Positions 24,201 through 37,204 are shown, counted from the first letter of the stretch. The stretch is 64,000 bases of DNA from Takakia lepidozioides (GCA_030704615.1 CM060731.1:11842001-11906000), one strand, 5' to 3'. Notes: generated from the sequence alone by a model not told the origin. A program made the numbers and translations.

Positions 24201-24865
24201 GAAATGCTCAGCTCAAACAGTGTGCGTTGCCGCACACTGTCTGGGCTGGCAGTGAAGGGTTCGTTTCACCCTCACATAACAGACATCAAGACCAAATTTT
24301 GCAAGACCAATGGTTCTTTCTTTCACAAATACCTGCCATTCAAAGCCGAATTCTTCACAAATATGGGTCGTGTGGATTTTACCTTTTTCGTAGCTACTCG
24401 AGAAGACTCCCCAGTTGCCGGGGACGCTTTCCGCTTGGGGCTGCTCTCTTCGCCGACTATGTAGGTGAGCCTCTCCCCCTTCCTCTTTCCCGTGGTCAGA
24501 TCGTTCGTGAGGCCAGTGTCAACATCTTCCTCCATGTCGTCTGTCTCTCCCTCAGACGCAGTGTCCTCCTCGCCTGTTCCTGGAACTATGGTGGGTTGTT
24601 GTTCTTCTCCAGATTCCTGCTCCTCCATCGCCACACTTTCCTGTATTCCCTCTTCTTCCTCCTTTTCCTCTTCCTCCACTCTTTCCATCCTCATTCTATA
24701 TCTAGCTCTATTCCTGTTTCTAGAACTCGTGAAGTATAATGACTTCCTTCTCTTTCTCCTCCGCTGAAACAAGGGCTCCCCACGATGCCCCTGGAGCTCT
24801 CCAGTTTGACGTTTGCAACAAGTTCTGGTATCGCATGTAACAAAAATAAAAATGGACGTTGTCAA
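15258..24865 (-). CDS. Multi-exon accessory gene: acidic/basic N-terminus, ParB/Srx-like domain, beta-class N6A/N4C DNA methyltransferase-like domain
   Basis: FHVWDGNHRLLAW (about 18905-18945), LIILDIPDG (motif IV-like, about 16625-16650) and RERSPAFIQTIVECCT..VLDLSMGTG|ASYHACKASARHVFGIEGD (motif I-II-like). GT-AG exon borders are shared with the element C copy. The exon model is approximate. Confidence 0.72.
19530..24300. repeat. 116-bp tandem satellite, about 40 copies, each with an 18-bp-stem hairpin
   Basis: Unit starts at 19701 and 19817. CAGCTCAAACAGTGTGCG-TTGC-CGCACACTGTCTGAGCTG (one mismatch). Copies are highly homogeneous and degenerate at the edges. Confidence 0.97.
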
Positions 24866-25635
24866 CCGTATTTGGATGCGGGTGTTGATATTGTGTGCGA
24901 ACGGAATTCATCCATTTTGTCGTCTTTGTATTACCCAGCTAATAAAGCGCCGAAGAAAAAGAATATCCGTTGCATGCATTTGCGATATATGTCAGATGTG
25001 CTTCGCCGCCTGCCAATACATGGCGGCCTCCTTGCCTTCTTTCAAATTCGAATGCGCCGTAGAAATGTAGTGCTTTTTCAATTCCGAGCAGTTCTTCCAG
25101 ATTCGCAATAATTGTTATGCTTCACATATGCATCCACGTGTGTTGTGCTGCATGCCCTGTGGTTTTTTTTATGCCGTGACCGTCCCCATGGGGTCATTCG
25201 GTATAAAGGATTGTGTCGGATATGACCATGTGTTGCACACATTCGTGCGAGGTATCTCTTGAAGTGTCGGTGTTTGTTCTGTGCTATTCTGGCGCAACAC
25301 AATCTCATTACAATCGGATCTTCCTGTTTACTGCTCTCCAGGGTTGTTGCCGTCATTTCATAATGGATGGTTTCATGTCAATTTCAGGGTTTGTTTTCCA
25401 TCCAAAAACAGTACGGCTTCTTGTGGCTCTGGTCTTTCAAAACCGTTTTTCTGGTTGGTGGGAGGTGAATGTGCACGTCATCCCTACATCCTTGGCATGC
25501 ATCGCCGGCAGCCTTGGGTTTGGTGCTACCCTTGTTGACCTCAGTTTGCTGGTGGTATTTCCACTTTCGATAATTACGGGCTCTCAGTTCGGGGATTCCG
25601 TTCTGCATCGGCAGTTTCGTTCAGTGCTGGAAAAC

Positions 25636-28600
25636 ATGTCGAGGGAGCGAGATGCACTCGCTCGATTCCATTCCAATGCAGGTACTCTTCCACTGACTGC
25701 CACTGCAGACGACGATGGGTATGCAGTTGTTCATGAGGATGAGCTGGTTACAGTGTTCCCGCTGGAGTTGGGTTCTCTGCTTGTTCAGAAAGAGGTGTAT
25801 GACGAGGATGGGAATTTGGATTCTGGGCACTTGGAGAAACCCTTGGTTGGCGAGTGTGGAAGGAAGTGGAGAGTCCTTCCAGGAACATACCGTGTCCTTG
25901 GAAAAGAGAGAAGACAATCAGCAGGATCAGTCGTTACCCCTGGCACTGCAGCATCGGTCGTGCAACAGAAGGGCACAGTTCCTGTGAAACAAGAGGTGAG
26001 CACATCCACTACCTTCGTTACTCTTTCGGACTCGTCCTCGGAGGATGTTTCTGAGATTCCTCCGCCAGTGCAAACTCCCTTATTGGATGATGACGAATTG
26101 CGCGAGATAACAAGTGTCATTCCAAAATTGAAAGCCCTCGCAGGTGTGCCTGGGTGCAAGAGCGAGCTACGTTTTGTTGATTGGGAGTCCCTTCCAGTGC
26201 AACGTGTTCAATACGTGCCAGCTCAGTTTGATGGGGACATCTTGTTTGAGCTCAACCCTCCCACGTCTTCCAGTGGACTGGCTGGGCTTCTGCAGGGCAT
26301 GGACAAGAAACATGACGGACATCCTTGGTGCAGGACAAAAACTTCGAACATCCATAACGACATTGGCTTGAAATTTCGGAGGTCGGTTTGCGTTGGGCAT
26401 TGCAAGTGCCTGAATATTTCTTGCCCTCGGCTGAGAAACAGCGCTCAGCCAAACGAAAGTGAGTGGGAAGGTGTGCCCCTGAATCCTTTCACCCCAGGGC
26501 TTGCACCTCCCAATACCAATACTTTTGTGTGCAGGTTCTGCAAACTTTCCCCGTCCTGTGTTTCTGTTTGCCACGCTCGTATGTATCAGGTGGCACATCG
26601 ATGCAAGACAATGACTCGTGCCTGCATTCATATGGGTGCACACGAGCATCCTGTGTCCAAAGGGAGTTGCAGGGATAGCGTGGACATCGCTAGAAATCTA
26701 CTGAAGCAAGAGTTCCATAATGCCCCTTCTGCAACACCTTCTGCTATAGCGCTTGCAGCTAGCAAGGCATTCCTGGAAAAACACATACTGGGTGAAGGGG
26801 ATTCGACACAGCCAATGCTGGATGCAGATTCCCTTGAGGCAGTCATGGACCATTTCTCCGTGTTGAGCTCTCCCAATATTCGAAACCAGGTGAATGCACT
26901 CAGAATGGGCACAGGCACTGCTGGATTCATGGACAACATTATGGACCTCAAACGGAGGAGTCGCTATGAATTCATTCAAAACAGTATGTTCCCTGGCCAG
27001 GGCTCGTCCAAAGTGTATTTGTTCAAGATGTCCGCTGTGGGCCAAGGCAGTGGTGTGAGCATTGTCCGCCGAATGCAACCTGGAGGAGATTTGGCTAAAT
27101 GTTGGTTAATGTTTGATCACTGCAAACGGGTGAAGGGTTGGACAACCATGGCGTGCCATGTGTATGATCCAGCGTACCAGCGTGTGCTCTCCATAGCAAT
27201 TTGTGATATGCAGTCGGAGGACACTGAATCCCAGATGCTCATGTGGAAGTCCCTCCTGACCGTCATGCAGCGCAATGGAATACAGAACACAAACTTTGCG
27301 GGCTTCATGGCTGATAGTGCACAGGCAAATTTCAATGCAGTGCGGCGCGTGTTTGGTTCTGGGGATCCTAAGGTCCCCATGGAAAATAGGGAGCGCACAT
27401 GCCTCTTCCATTGGAGTCAATCTCTGGCACGTCATACAAAGCGCTGCATTCGCCCTGACCTTCAGTTGGAGCATAGAAGGCTCTGTCTGAAGTACAAGAA
27501 TGCCACCTCAATGGGAGAAGCAGAGAGCACTTACCAGGCAATCCGGGCTTGGTGGTTCTCCGCTGGTGCTGCTACAGGTATCCACCTGAAGGAGTTGGAG
27601 GACTGGTTGGTTTTCTGGCACTTCAGGTACAGACAGTGGGGAGCTTTCATGACGACGGTAAGCCTCACAAGTTTTCCTTAAACACAAATTGCACTTTGCA
27701 TCGTGCCTGTTCATTTGGGGTTGTTCGATTGTCACTTGAATAACCTCTACCATTTCTTTTCCTTCCTCACATTTCCATGCAATGCCTCCTGCAGGACATG
27801 TCCTTGGAGGACTTGGCCGACATGCCATCGTGTAATTTGGCAGAGACTGTTCACAACGCCTGGATGCAACAGTCTACCAAAGCAGGTCGTGACTTGTATG
27901 TGGCCACTGCTGATGACATGGTGCGGGCACTTACACAACAAACCAGGTACCGCAATTTTCTGATGGGACGGGGTGGAGGGAAGGGCCCCGATTCGACTTT
28001 GTTGATGCTAAGGGCTGCGAGTAGGTCCGGAGACCCGTCAAAGATGGCCAGAGCTCTAAACAGGTGCACTGAAGGTTCCCCTCTGCAATCCAGGCTCCCC
28101 CATTTGGAAGGCGAGGAAAGATTTGGATCATGCAAAAGGAAATTAAACACTCTTCCAGGGTCAGATGGAGATTCCCATAGGCCAGACAGGGTCAATTTCT
28201 CTGTGCCAAAGGTGTCTCCAGTGCAGACTAAGTCCTGTGCCGGCCCCTTCCCAGGTGGGTCCTCCTCCTGTGGAGCAGGTGCGGAACATGCAAGCATAGC
28301 AGCGGAAATCCCATTGGAGGAGGTGGTGGCCATGGTGCAGGAATCTGATTGCATTGATAGTGACTGGCATATAGAACGCACCCCACCAGGATCTAGAGTG
28401 GCTTGCATGGCAATTCGGACCCCCTCTTTCAAGAAATGCAAATCAAAAATATGCAAAGGCTCCAGGGGGACTCCAGCTCCAACATTCACAGGGTTGTTCC
28501 GACCTTATCATAGTGGGGAGTCAAAAGAGCACAAGTTTTGGTTCTGCCCAGACGATATGGCACGATGCGTGAAGGGAACAGTTCGTCCTTCCGTGATAAT

Positions 28601-29207
28601 GAAGCCCCCTCCCCCCGCAATTTGGCCTGTGCAAATTGGGACATCGCTGTCCTCAACCGAGATAAGCATGCTGGAGGAGGGAGGGTTTTGTCTTGCACGG
28701 TCCCGGGTGGTGCCCTTATGCACTGTCGGCACAGATGTGCCACATGCTCCGACAATGCCTCCACCCGGTGCCAACTCCCACCCAACAAAAAGAGATGGAA
28801 AAACAGTGCGCCGTGTTGCTTCGGGTGCAGATCACGAATGCAAGATGGAATCGGCTAGAATTTTGCAGGCTACGGTGGCTCGTATCACCGAAGTCCCTTC
28901 CCCGGGGTATGGACGGATTTACACAGTGCTGTCAATTGGCTCAGTTCTTCATGCCAAAGAATATCAAGTTACCATTGGGAATTTCCCATCGTGCACTTGT
29001 CCGGATTTTGTAACGATGCGTGAGGGCGCTCTCGGCATGAGAGGGAAGTGGGTCCCCTGCAAGCATCAATATTACATATACCTTGTAATTATGTGTTGCG
29101 ACGGTAAGAGAGACCAATTCATTCACCAAGCCACACTAGGCTACGGAGAAGTCATCACCCTTCTGCAGCGGGACACCTCGCGTAGAGCTCCGCCAACTTC
29201 TCTTTGA
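25636..29207 (+). CDS. Apparently intact 2-exon MULE-type transposase (about 1144 aa): GCM/WRKY-like Zn domain, DDE core, SWIM finger
   Basis: Exons 25636-27657 and 27795-29207 join in phase 0 (GT..AG). Motifs WLMFDH, FMADSA, CLFHW, NLAETVH, CTCPDF..CKH. N-terminal W..T...RRSVCVG..C..C..CxxC..HEHP. Confidence 0.87.
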
Positions 29208-29624
29208 ACACATACGAGCCATGCCCGCTTCCCATGCTGGTTTCCAGGTTGCCGTGTGAAGACTTTTCATTTTATGACAAACATATACATTTCGTTCACT
29301 TGTGAGGGCAAATGCACTTGCGATTCATTGTAAGCGTCTCTCTGTGAATTGAAATAAACTGTGTCAATCATTCTGAGCTCAAATCTGACATGTTTACATA
29401 TTCCTCTTTTTTGGCACGCATTGCAGACATGGTGCATGGTGGCCTCCTTTGTTTTGTCCACGGTAATAGGCCCTCTTCCTGCAATCCTCGCCTATAGGAC
29501 CTGCTTCTCCAGCAGATTCATGCCGCTCACGCTTCCTGAAGCGTGAGCTCAGCTCACGCTTCAAAGCTTGAACGTGAGCTCAGCTCCCAGGCTCACGGGG
29601 CTGGGCTCACGCCGTAGCTACGCT

Positions 29625-30070
29625 GGAAATGCGGCACCGCATTTCTGTCCAGGTGAGACCTCTATACTTTCCCGAACGGAAAGTGGCACGCATTTTTTCC
29701 ATTCATCACTAACGTATGTGAAGGGGGAACGGAAATGCGGTACCGCATTTCCGTTCTTATTGAAAATCATGAACCACGGGAACTGAAATGTTGTGCCTCA
29801 TTCCCGTCCGAATCGCACCTTTCGACATTCCAGAACGGAAATGGGGCGCCGCATTTCCCTTTTGTATCTCATACTTGGAGCTGTGGGACGGAAATGCGGC
29901 ACCGTATTTCCGTTCAACAACTAAGGTATGTGAAGGTAGAACGGAAATGCGGTGCCGCATTTTCTTCCAACAAGTACGGATGTGTAGCTTCGTGATGGTA
30001 CTTAACGGAAATGCGGCGCCGCATTCGCATTTTCACTCCAACTCATCAGACGCTGGGACGGAAATGCCTT
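29625..30070. repeat. Cluster of 22-bp palindromes GGAAATGCGG-NN-CCGCATTTCC
   Basis: Copies near 29625, 29731, 29837, 29890, 29943 and 30007. Confidence 0.85.
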
Positions 30071-30377
30071 GTTGAAATGTGAACACGTGGAGCAACGGAA
30101 TTGCTGCACATGTCGGCACTCTATCCGACTGAAGGGGCATGAGGCGGCGCGGCCTGACCGTGGATAATGATGTTGTTTTTCGGACGGCAGGCGTACCCTG
30201 AACGATTCGAATTTTGTAATGACGCAAACTCCACGAGGAGACACTTTCGTCCAGCCCTTTCGAACCCAAGTGGTGCATCACCGCCGTTTCATCTACTTTT
30301 GTCGTGTCTCCTCAGTCACCCTCTCGCGCCCTTTCCATCTGCACTCTTTGCCCCTTTCCCTCTCTCTGTTCTTCTTA

Positions 30378-33300
30378 TGCTCGAACCTGAGAGGGGGGGA
30401 GTTCGTGCACCAGACAGGAGACCTCGTCGCAAGCTCCGGAAATTATACTTCGGACGTAGGCCAATGCCGAAGGGGAGGAAGCAGATGCGTCTACAGGAGG
30501 AGGAGATTGCCATCTCCGAGCAGCAGGCCACTCAGGCAACCCAGCCACCAGTGAGAGCTCCATGCGATCGGACTGCGCGCAGCTGATCGAGCACCGAACC
30601 CCCTATTTTGCTTCTGTAATTCTTAGACTGAATGCTAGGAGACTTGAATGCAGAACATGTTTGCATGCCTAACAGGAAAGGTGGACGTGCTGGAGGGATC
30701 GCAGGAATCCGAAGAGCCGAAGGAAGAGTCCGAGGAGCTAGCTGCAGCACGTACACCCACCGATCCCCGAGCGCGGGTATTCCTGCCGGGCCTAGCCCTG
30801 TGCGTTTTCAAAACGCGGCTTCGAAGGGCAAGTTCAAAGCCCCAGAGATCGACTTGCGTTCTTTGGTCATGGAGAATCACCAGCAGGGGTCGGGCCCTTC
30901 TCCAGCAAAGTCGAAGAAGAAGCAGCCCGTCCCTCTACTGACTTCTGAACCGGCTCAGGCCGATTCACCCCCCCCAACGCGAATGAAGCAGCAGGGTAAA
31001 AGACAGATTCAATTGCAGCAGACACCTTCACCTGCAAGAATGAGGAAGCAGAAGGCAATCAGGGCGACGGCCGACAACAATCTCCCGCAAAACCGCTTCC
31101 ACGAGCTGAAGCTCAGTTCCTGGAGGATTTCCCACCTGCAGATGTTGGGGCCGTCTCTGCTGCTGCAGCGAAGGCAATGGGATCGACCGTTTTTGTCGAT
31201 TTGGTACCGGAGGAGGGTGCTGCCGCTGAACGTTCGCAGCCAGACCTCACCACCGATGAGCAAGCAGGCCCGGAGGAGGCCTCTGCAATGGCAGAATTGC
31301 CCGCACACAGGCCCCAGAGTGCAGCTCCAGTTGAGGTTGCTCCAGCTGCTCAGCCACTACCGGCACCTACAGACATGTCTCCGGAGGATTTCAAAAGTGC
31401 AGCGGATAAAATGTTGGAGGAGAGGAACACACAGAGCATTGGCAGAGTTCTAGGCAGCAGGGGTATTCCAGCGGACTCTTCGAATCCCACTCTATCGCAT
31501 GGTCTCCCTTCCCATCGTCAGGCAGGCCCTTCTCGGAGATGTGGATAAGCTCAAGTTCGCATTTCGAGAAGGGTACCGTCTGGGATCGGCAGCGTTTTAC
31601 GTTTCCATTGAGAATGAGGACGGCGAAACTCGTGGACCCACGGCCATATGTCGGGTAAAATGTTCTTTGTGTGGGACGGGAATCACCGACTTCTTGCCTG
31701 GTGGGAGTACATCAAGCAAAACCATGCCAAGCACATTGGCTGGCATTACATGGTGGAGTGTGTCATCCTGAAGGTGAAGGCGGCAGACTCCTCCCTGCTC
31801 AAGAATGCCATGGCGGGACCTCAACTCGTAAGATACTCATACCCTCCCTAGCACGTTCAAAATGCGGTGCCGCATTTCGGTTCCATTCTGGTTTGTTTCC
31901 GTGCTTCCGTGTACTGAACTGGAGAGTGTGCCTTGCAGGGTCACTGAGAATGCGTACGTGCATACCCACATGGCACATATGCTGTACATGGTGAGGAAAA
32001 CTGGTCTCAGTGATCCGCAGATGTTTGCGGAAATGCTGGAGCCCGAGCTCATTCAGAAAGCCGTTTGCAAAAACAGACCGGACATGGTATCGTCTCACTA
32101 TGGATGGATGGTGGAGGTGATATACGAAGTAAGTCATCCTCCCATTTCCCTCTGCTCATCCTTCCCCAATTTCCAGTAATCTTTCCACATGAATCGAATG
32201 TAACGCTTCTTTTTTTGTTGGCAGTCAAACATCAAGCTGGATTTGGCCCATGCCAAACGCTTCTTCATGGAAAGTGAGGGGCAGGTCAAAACGTTGCAAT
32301 CATTGACTGACACTTGAAGGAAGCCGGGGTGTCAAGTCCAGAACCAAATACAAGTCAAAGCTTGTGAAGCTGGTGGCAATTGCAGATCCGGCACTTGGAA
32401 AGGACTTCATCCCGAGATTGCAAAAACACTATTCTCGGGCCATGCAGCCGACCATGCAATTGGGAGAAACTGCATCACCTCTCAACGGCATGTGTGGGAG
32501 GCGAAAGAGAAGGTGAGGTTTCAATGCACTGAAGTTCCTCCTAGCAATAGCCACTCTCTTCCAGCTCCTGACATTGATCGGAAATGGCAGACACGGTGGC
32601 TGTCGTTCTGGGAATGCATCCGAGAGCATAAGGACAATGTGGTTTTTCCACTCGAAGTTTCCGACCCTGCAGTGGATGTGTGGCTCAACCGCATGACTTG
32701 GTGGTTCCAGGTAATTCAAGGTACTTCCCCAGATTTGCTTTTCTGAAATGAATCCCTGAACTGCTACGTGACAATGCATTTGGGAATCGCAGGTAAGGTG
32801 AATGTCGAATGCGAAGGAGCAAGTCGTAATGCACACAAATTCGTTCGGCTTGTACGTCAAATGGGATGGAACACAGACTTGGAAGACTACGTGACACGTT
32901 TCAGATGTGCGTACAAGGACAACCTTTTCGCCAGAGAGCTACAGACAGCAAGAAGGAGCGTGGAGTTTACACATCAGGAGGGAGCGGGGAAAGCTGCTGC
33001 AATGCAATGGAATTGTTTACAGGTGAAGCACAGCTGCCCTTGTATGCGAAGCCTGGTTACGAGGTTTGTCTCGGAAATGCGGCACCGCATTCGCATTTTA
33101 TGTTTTCGGTGGCACTCTGCCAGTAGGTTCGTCCAATCTTATGCTCACGCATGCGGACTGCCTTGCAGGTATATGAAATACGTGCTCCTTCAGACAGGGG
33201 CCCTGGCTCAAGAGCCCCCGTTCTTCATGGCCTGGATCGTGGAAGGCCCAAGCTGTGTGTCTAAACACCCGAGATGCAGAAGAAACAATGGCAATTCCCG

Positions 33301-35600
33301 CGCATCTCGTTGGATGCCCGTGGTACCTGGACATGTCTGGCGGTATTGTTGACGAGTCTGAGAAAATCTGCACGCCTTGGCAGAAGAGAAGAGAAAAGAA
33401 AGACGTTGTCCCTGTTGGGCCAAAGTCGGCAAAGGATCTGCTGCTCTGGAAGAATCCAGAAAGGCAGCTGAGATGGCACAAAAGATGGTGGAGCAGCTAT
33501 GCAGCCAACAGAAGGGGTCGAGAAGAGGACTCGCCAGCAAGGAGCAGCTGTTGTGACACCCGCCAAAACGAAGAAGCAGAAGAAACAGCATGTTCAGGAA
33601 AAGAGGGTGAGGAAGAGGACTCCGATGGAGACTTTGCAACCAGCCCACCCCCCCAAACGCAGGCTGCCTCCCCTGTGCCCACCGTTGTCACGAGAGGCAC
33701 GAGAACTGGCTCGCAAAGAGGCACTCTTCAACCCCCAGGGGGGCACCCTTCGAGCCGGTGGAAATGAAGAGGCCGAAAGGGCTCCCGAAACAGTAGTCCA
33801 GTGTGTAAATGAGAGTTTCTTGGCGGCTTTGGATGGACGGGCAGCCAAGTTGGCATACATGAAGACCACGGAGGGCTGAAGGGCAGAGCACTGAAGAAGG
33901 CGACTGCCGAAGGCCTTCCGACACCCCAGGATTTCAGAATATGGTCTCGTTCTTTGAGAGGGTGTGTGTAGACAAGGATTGTAGGAGGGGCGGAAAGGGA
34001 AATGCCCGAGTGGTCTTGCGATATGATCATCTTGGATATTCCGGACGGAGAAAGCCTGTGGAAGGACTGCAAGCTTTCCATCTTGGAACAGGTACTCGGA
34101 GGACTTTGGAAGAAGAAAGGATTCGGGCTTGCCCGCATGGTGTTGGACGACAAAGGCTGTGTGGTTGTCCTGGCGAGCAGAGGAAAAAAACACTCAGACA
34201 GGAATTGCGAAGTGGACCCGCAAGAGCGCCGTCCCGATTCTGAAAAAGAAGTGGACGTGCATCAACACACTGGGCCTTCGGTCGGAAAGGGAAGAAGGTG
34301 ATTACGACACTGGCACTCGTCAGTCATTTTGCCTTGGGTGTTTCAAATGCGGTGCGCATTCGGTTTCTAATCGTTCCCCCCTGTGTATGCAGGACGAAAG
34401 CAGTTCGATGCATACTGCTTTGTGAAGGAGAACTCCACCTTTGCTTTCCGGAATGAGGGAGGGAGGAAAGGTTGACCCGAACTGCGACCCCCTCGATTAC
34501 GACGTTCAGTTCAACAACGTTCCCAAGGAACTTCTCCCTCATAGCCTCACTTCAACGGAAAAACCCCTGCGGGGGTACTCACGGTCGGAGCCCTGCCTTC
34601 ATTCAGACAATTATGGAGACATGCACAGACGTGGAGGGCACAGTGCTCGACCTCATCTGGGGGAAGGTATGTTGAATCTTGATCTATGCTGTTCTGCAAA
34701 TTCTCGTTAGGATGTAGTTCGCAACATCTGAAGCGCCATGTGGTAATGTGTGGGATGGCATTGTAACAGGTGCCTCAATGTGGGCTGGGCGGTTTTCCGA
34801 CCGGCAACTCTTGCCTACGAGGAGGATTCATCCGTGTGGGGATCCCATCTGGAAGGGCTGCAATGGAATGTTAAGGCTCCCGACAGAGCGGAAGTCTCCT
34901 CGGATTCGTCCGGAGTCCGAGGAAGACACAGTGGACATTGATGCGGAGGAGAACCCGGAATACGAGTGAGTGCAAACATTGTAAGTTTGCAAGCCTTCTG
35001 GGTCATTTTTTGTCAAACGAATTTCCGGACTGTGGTTCTCATTAGTCTCGTTGAGATTGTCATGTGCAGGATTGCAGGGTCCGTGGTCGAAACATGTAGG
35101 GCCTAACACTTCCTGCCAGGAAGAATGTCCGTTCTTTGCGAGGGCCGACTTCATGACGAGCCCGGTGAGGGACTACTCACTTCCTAGTTATGCAGCTAAA
35201 CTCGCAAATACAGCGATTAGAAGAAGTGAGAATCCCAGTAAAGTAGAGCAGATTTGGAGAGGGCTAGGGAGGACAGAAGGATAAAGAAAGAGTTGGCAGC
35301 AGCTCAGACAGGTAGACAGGTACGAAAGTACATATGTGATTCAGGGATGAGAGCGACGCAGACAGGGAGGAAGAAGGCCCACCCCAAACGGAGGTGAGTG
35401 AGAGTGAGATGGGACAGTTCGCAAGGGGGAAGATGGGGAATTTTCGAAGAGCCTGGCAAACGAGCATCGATGGAGATGAGAAAGGGCACTGGAGGGGGGT
35501 GGAGGCGGAGCAGGACAGTCTAGTAAATTCTCTTCCAGAGTATATAAAGGAAATTCTGCCCGACATTCATGACCCCTCTCCAGTGTGCATTCCAGCCACA
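30378..35600 (+). pseudogene. Second ParB/Srx + N6A/N4C-MTase-like accessory gene, frameshifted
   Basis: SGKMFFVWDGNHRLLAW, CDMIILDIPDG, RSPAFIQTIMETCT..VLDLIWGK|GASMWAG. Colinear with the element B gene. Confidence 0.75.
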
Positions 35601-35629
35601 CAATCGCCCAACCACGACGCTCCCAAAAT

Positions 35630-36370
35630 CAGAAATGGGGCATCGCATTTCCAAAATTTTGGCAACTCTAAGAACCTCTTTTGGAAATGCGGCACCGCAT
35701 TTCCAAAACAGGGGAGGGACTAAATTTTCCATTTCAATGTTGGCATAGTAAAAAGTAATCGGCCGATTGGAAATGCGGTGCCGCATTTCCAAAATTTCCT
35801 TTGTCCACACGCCAGTTTTGGCCTCTCCCGCTCATTGCATGGATGCCACCACGCTTACAGAGGTCGAACAAGGAGGTCGAACAAGGAGGTCGAGATGGCG
35901 GAATTGGAAATGCGGTGCCGCATTTCCATATTGGGGATGGTCGTTGTTCGAACTGCAGGCCCTTGTGAGCAAAAATTGGCACCGCATTCCGTTGTTAAAA
36001 AAAAGTCGATGACGGACATGGAAATGCGGCGCCGCATTTCCAGAAAGGACATCGCAATTTGTCCATTTGCAGACCCTCTCACGGAAATGCGGTAACGCAT
36101 TCCATCGAGCTGGTCGGAAATAGGTGCACTTTTCGAAGTGTTGGACGGAAATGCGGCACCGCATTCCCTTGTCCAAAAAGAAGTTTCCATTGCCAAGCTG
36201 GAAATGCGTTGCCGCATTTGCAATGCCAACCTCGTTGTCTGTCAATTTATAGACCCGTGTTGGTATTTCGTGTACCTGGACGGAAATGATGCACCGCATT
36301 TCATTGTCCGACACTGAAATGCGGTTCATACATTTCCATGTCGGCATGGAAATGCGGCACCGCATTTCGA
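35630..36370. repeat. Second cluster of GGAAATGCGG-NN-CCGCATTTCC palindromes (more than 10 copies)
   Basis: Direct reading, e.g. near 35683, 35769, 35906, 36020, 36147 and 36348. Confidence 0.87.
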
Positions 36371-36625
36371 TGTCCGACATGGCGTTACTCTGGTATATTC
36401 TTGACACATGACTCTCATACCGGTTACTCTGGTATATTCATCCGGACAGACAAATTGTAGAAATGAGACATCAAATTGTAAACAGTGGGCCAATTCCGAC
36501 AGTTATTCAACAGAATGAAACACAATCATACAGAAGTGAGGTACGATGGGTTTATTGATCAGACACGATGTCTCACATTTACCAACTGCAGACAAAACTA
36601 AGCCCTTCCTCCTTCTACATGGGCT

Positions 36626-37204
36626 TCACCAAGTCGACGGAACTTCGATACCCCTCAAAACAAGCTCATCACTGCTGCGGCACCTCGAGGTAAACTGCAA
36701 TTCGGTCGTTCTGCTGCCCTTGCTGGAGCCGACGACAATGTCATGTCCATCAATGATACCACCATCATACATTGACAAGGTCACTGTGGGCCTCATGTGC
36801 CCGTGCGATTCGTCTTCGCAACTCAGCCGAATGTCTCCATACACTGGAAGAGCGGAGTGATCTGCACGTATATAGTTTTCCCCGGTGCCGTCCTCCCTGG
36901 TCCACTGGCAGCAGTTCCAGCGCCAAAGCGAGGCCGTGCGTGATCTGTCCGGCATCCCTTTCCAGCTTGGTATATCGAGGTCAACAATTTTCAGGACCCA
37001 CGGACCGCATTGACCCTCGCCCTCACCTCGCTCAAAGCGGTAATAGCCCTCCAGATACTCCATTGCGCGCAAAGACTCTTGCTTGATTCCAGCAGCGTCT
37101 GTGAAAACAGAGAGCCAGACAATGATGTCTCCTGATTCTGGTTTGAACATAGCATAATCGTGGCCATGATAAGGGCAATCGGCTGGATTTCGGCGGCACG
37201 GCAT
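36626..37204 (-). CDS. Orphan protein (about 190 aa), paralog 1
   Basis: Open frame; aligns with 37758-38324 (DYAM..SGDI..W, EY..G.Y.FERG, RWNCC.WT, YGDIR, DGG.I.G.DIVV, ELVLR..EVP). Confidence 0.6.
   Translation of the reverse strand: MPCRRNPADCPYHGHDYAMFKPESGDIIVWLSVFTDAAGIKQESLRAMEYLEGYYRFERGEGEGQCGPWVLKIVDLDIPSWKGMPDRSRTASLWRWNCCQWTREDGTGENYIRADHSALPVYGDIRLSCEDESHGHMRPTVTLSMYDGGIIDGHDIVVGSSKGSRTTELQFTSRCRSSDELVLRGIEVPSTW

Larger units (their letters stand above)
14857..29623. mobile_element. Mutator-like DNA transposon B (about 14.8 kb), possibly autonomous
   Basis: Imperfect short TIRs GGGGTGCTAttcCGTGAGCC and rc GCGTAGCTAcggCGTGAGCC. CGTGAGC subterminal clusters at both ends. Divergent accessory gene and transposase. 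No credible TSD. Confidence 0.72.

Noticed and set aside
19530-24300. CRISPR-like array
   Set aside because: The units are wholly repeated with no unique spacers, there are no cas genes, and the context is eukaryotic: this is a satellite.
14854-29626. TGG 3-bp TSD around element B
   Set aside because: The left flank is Gypsy and the right flank is unrelated sequence, so they do not reconstitute an empty site.
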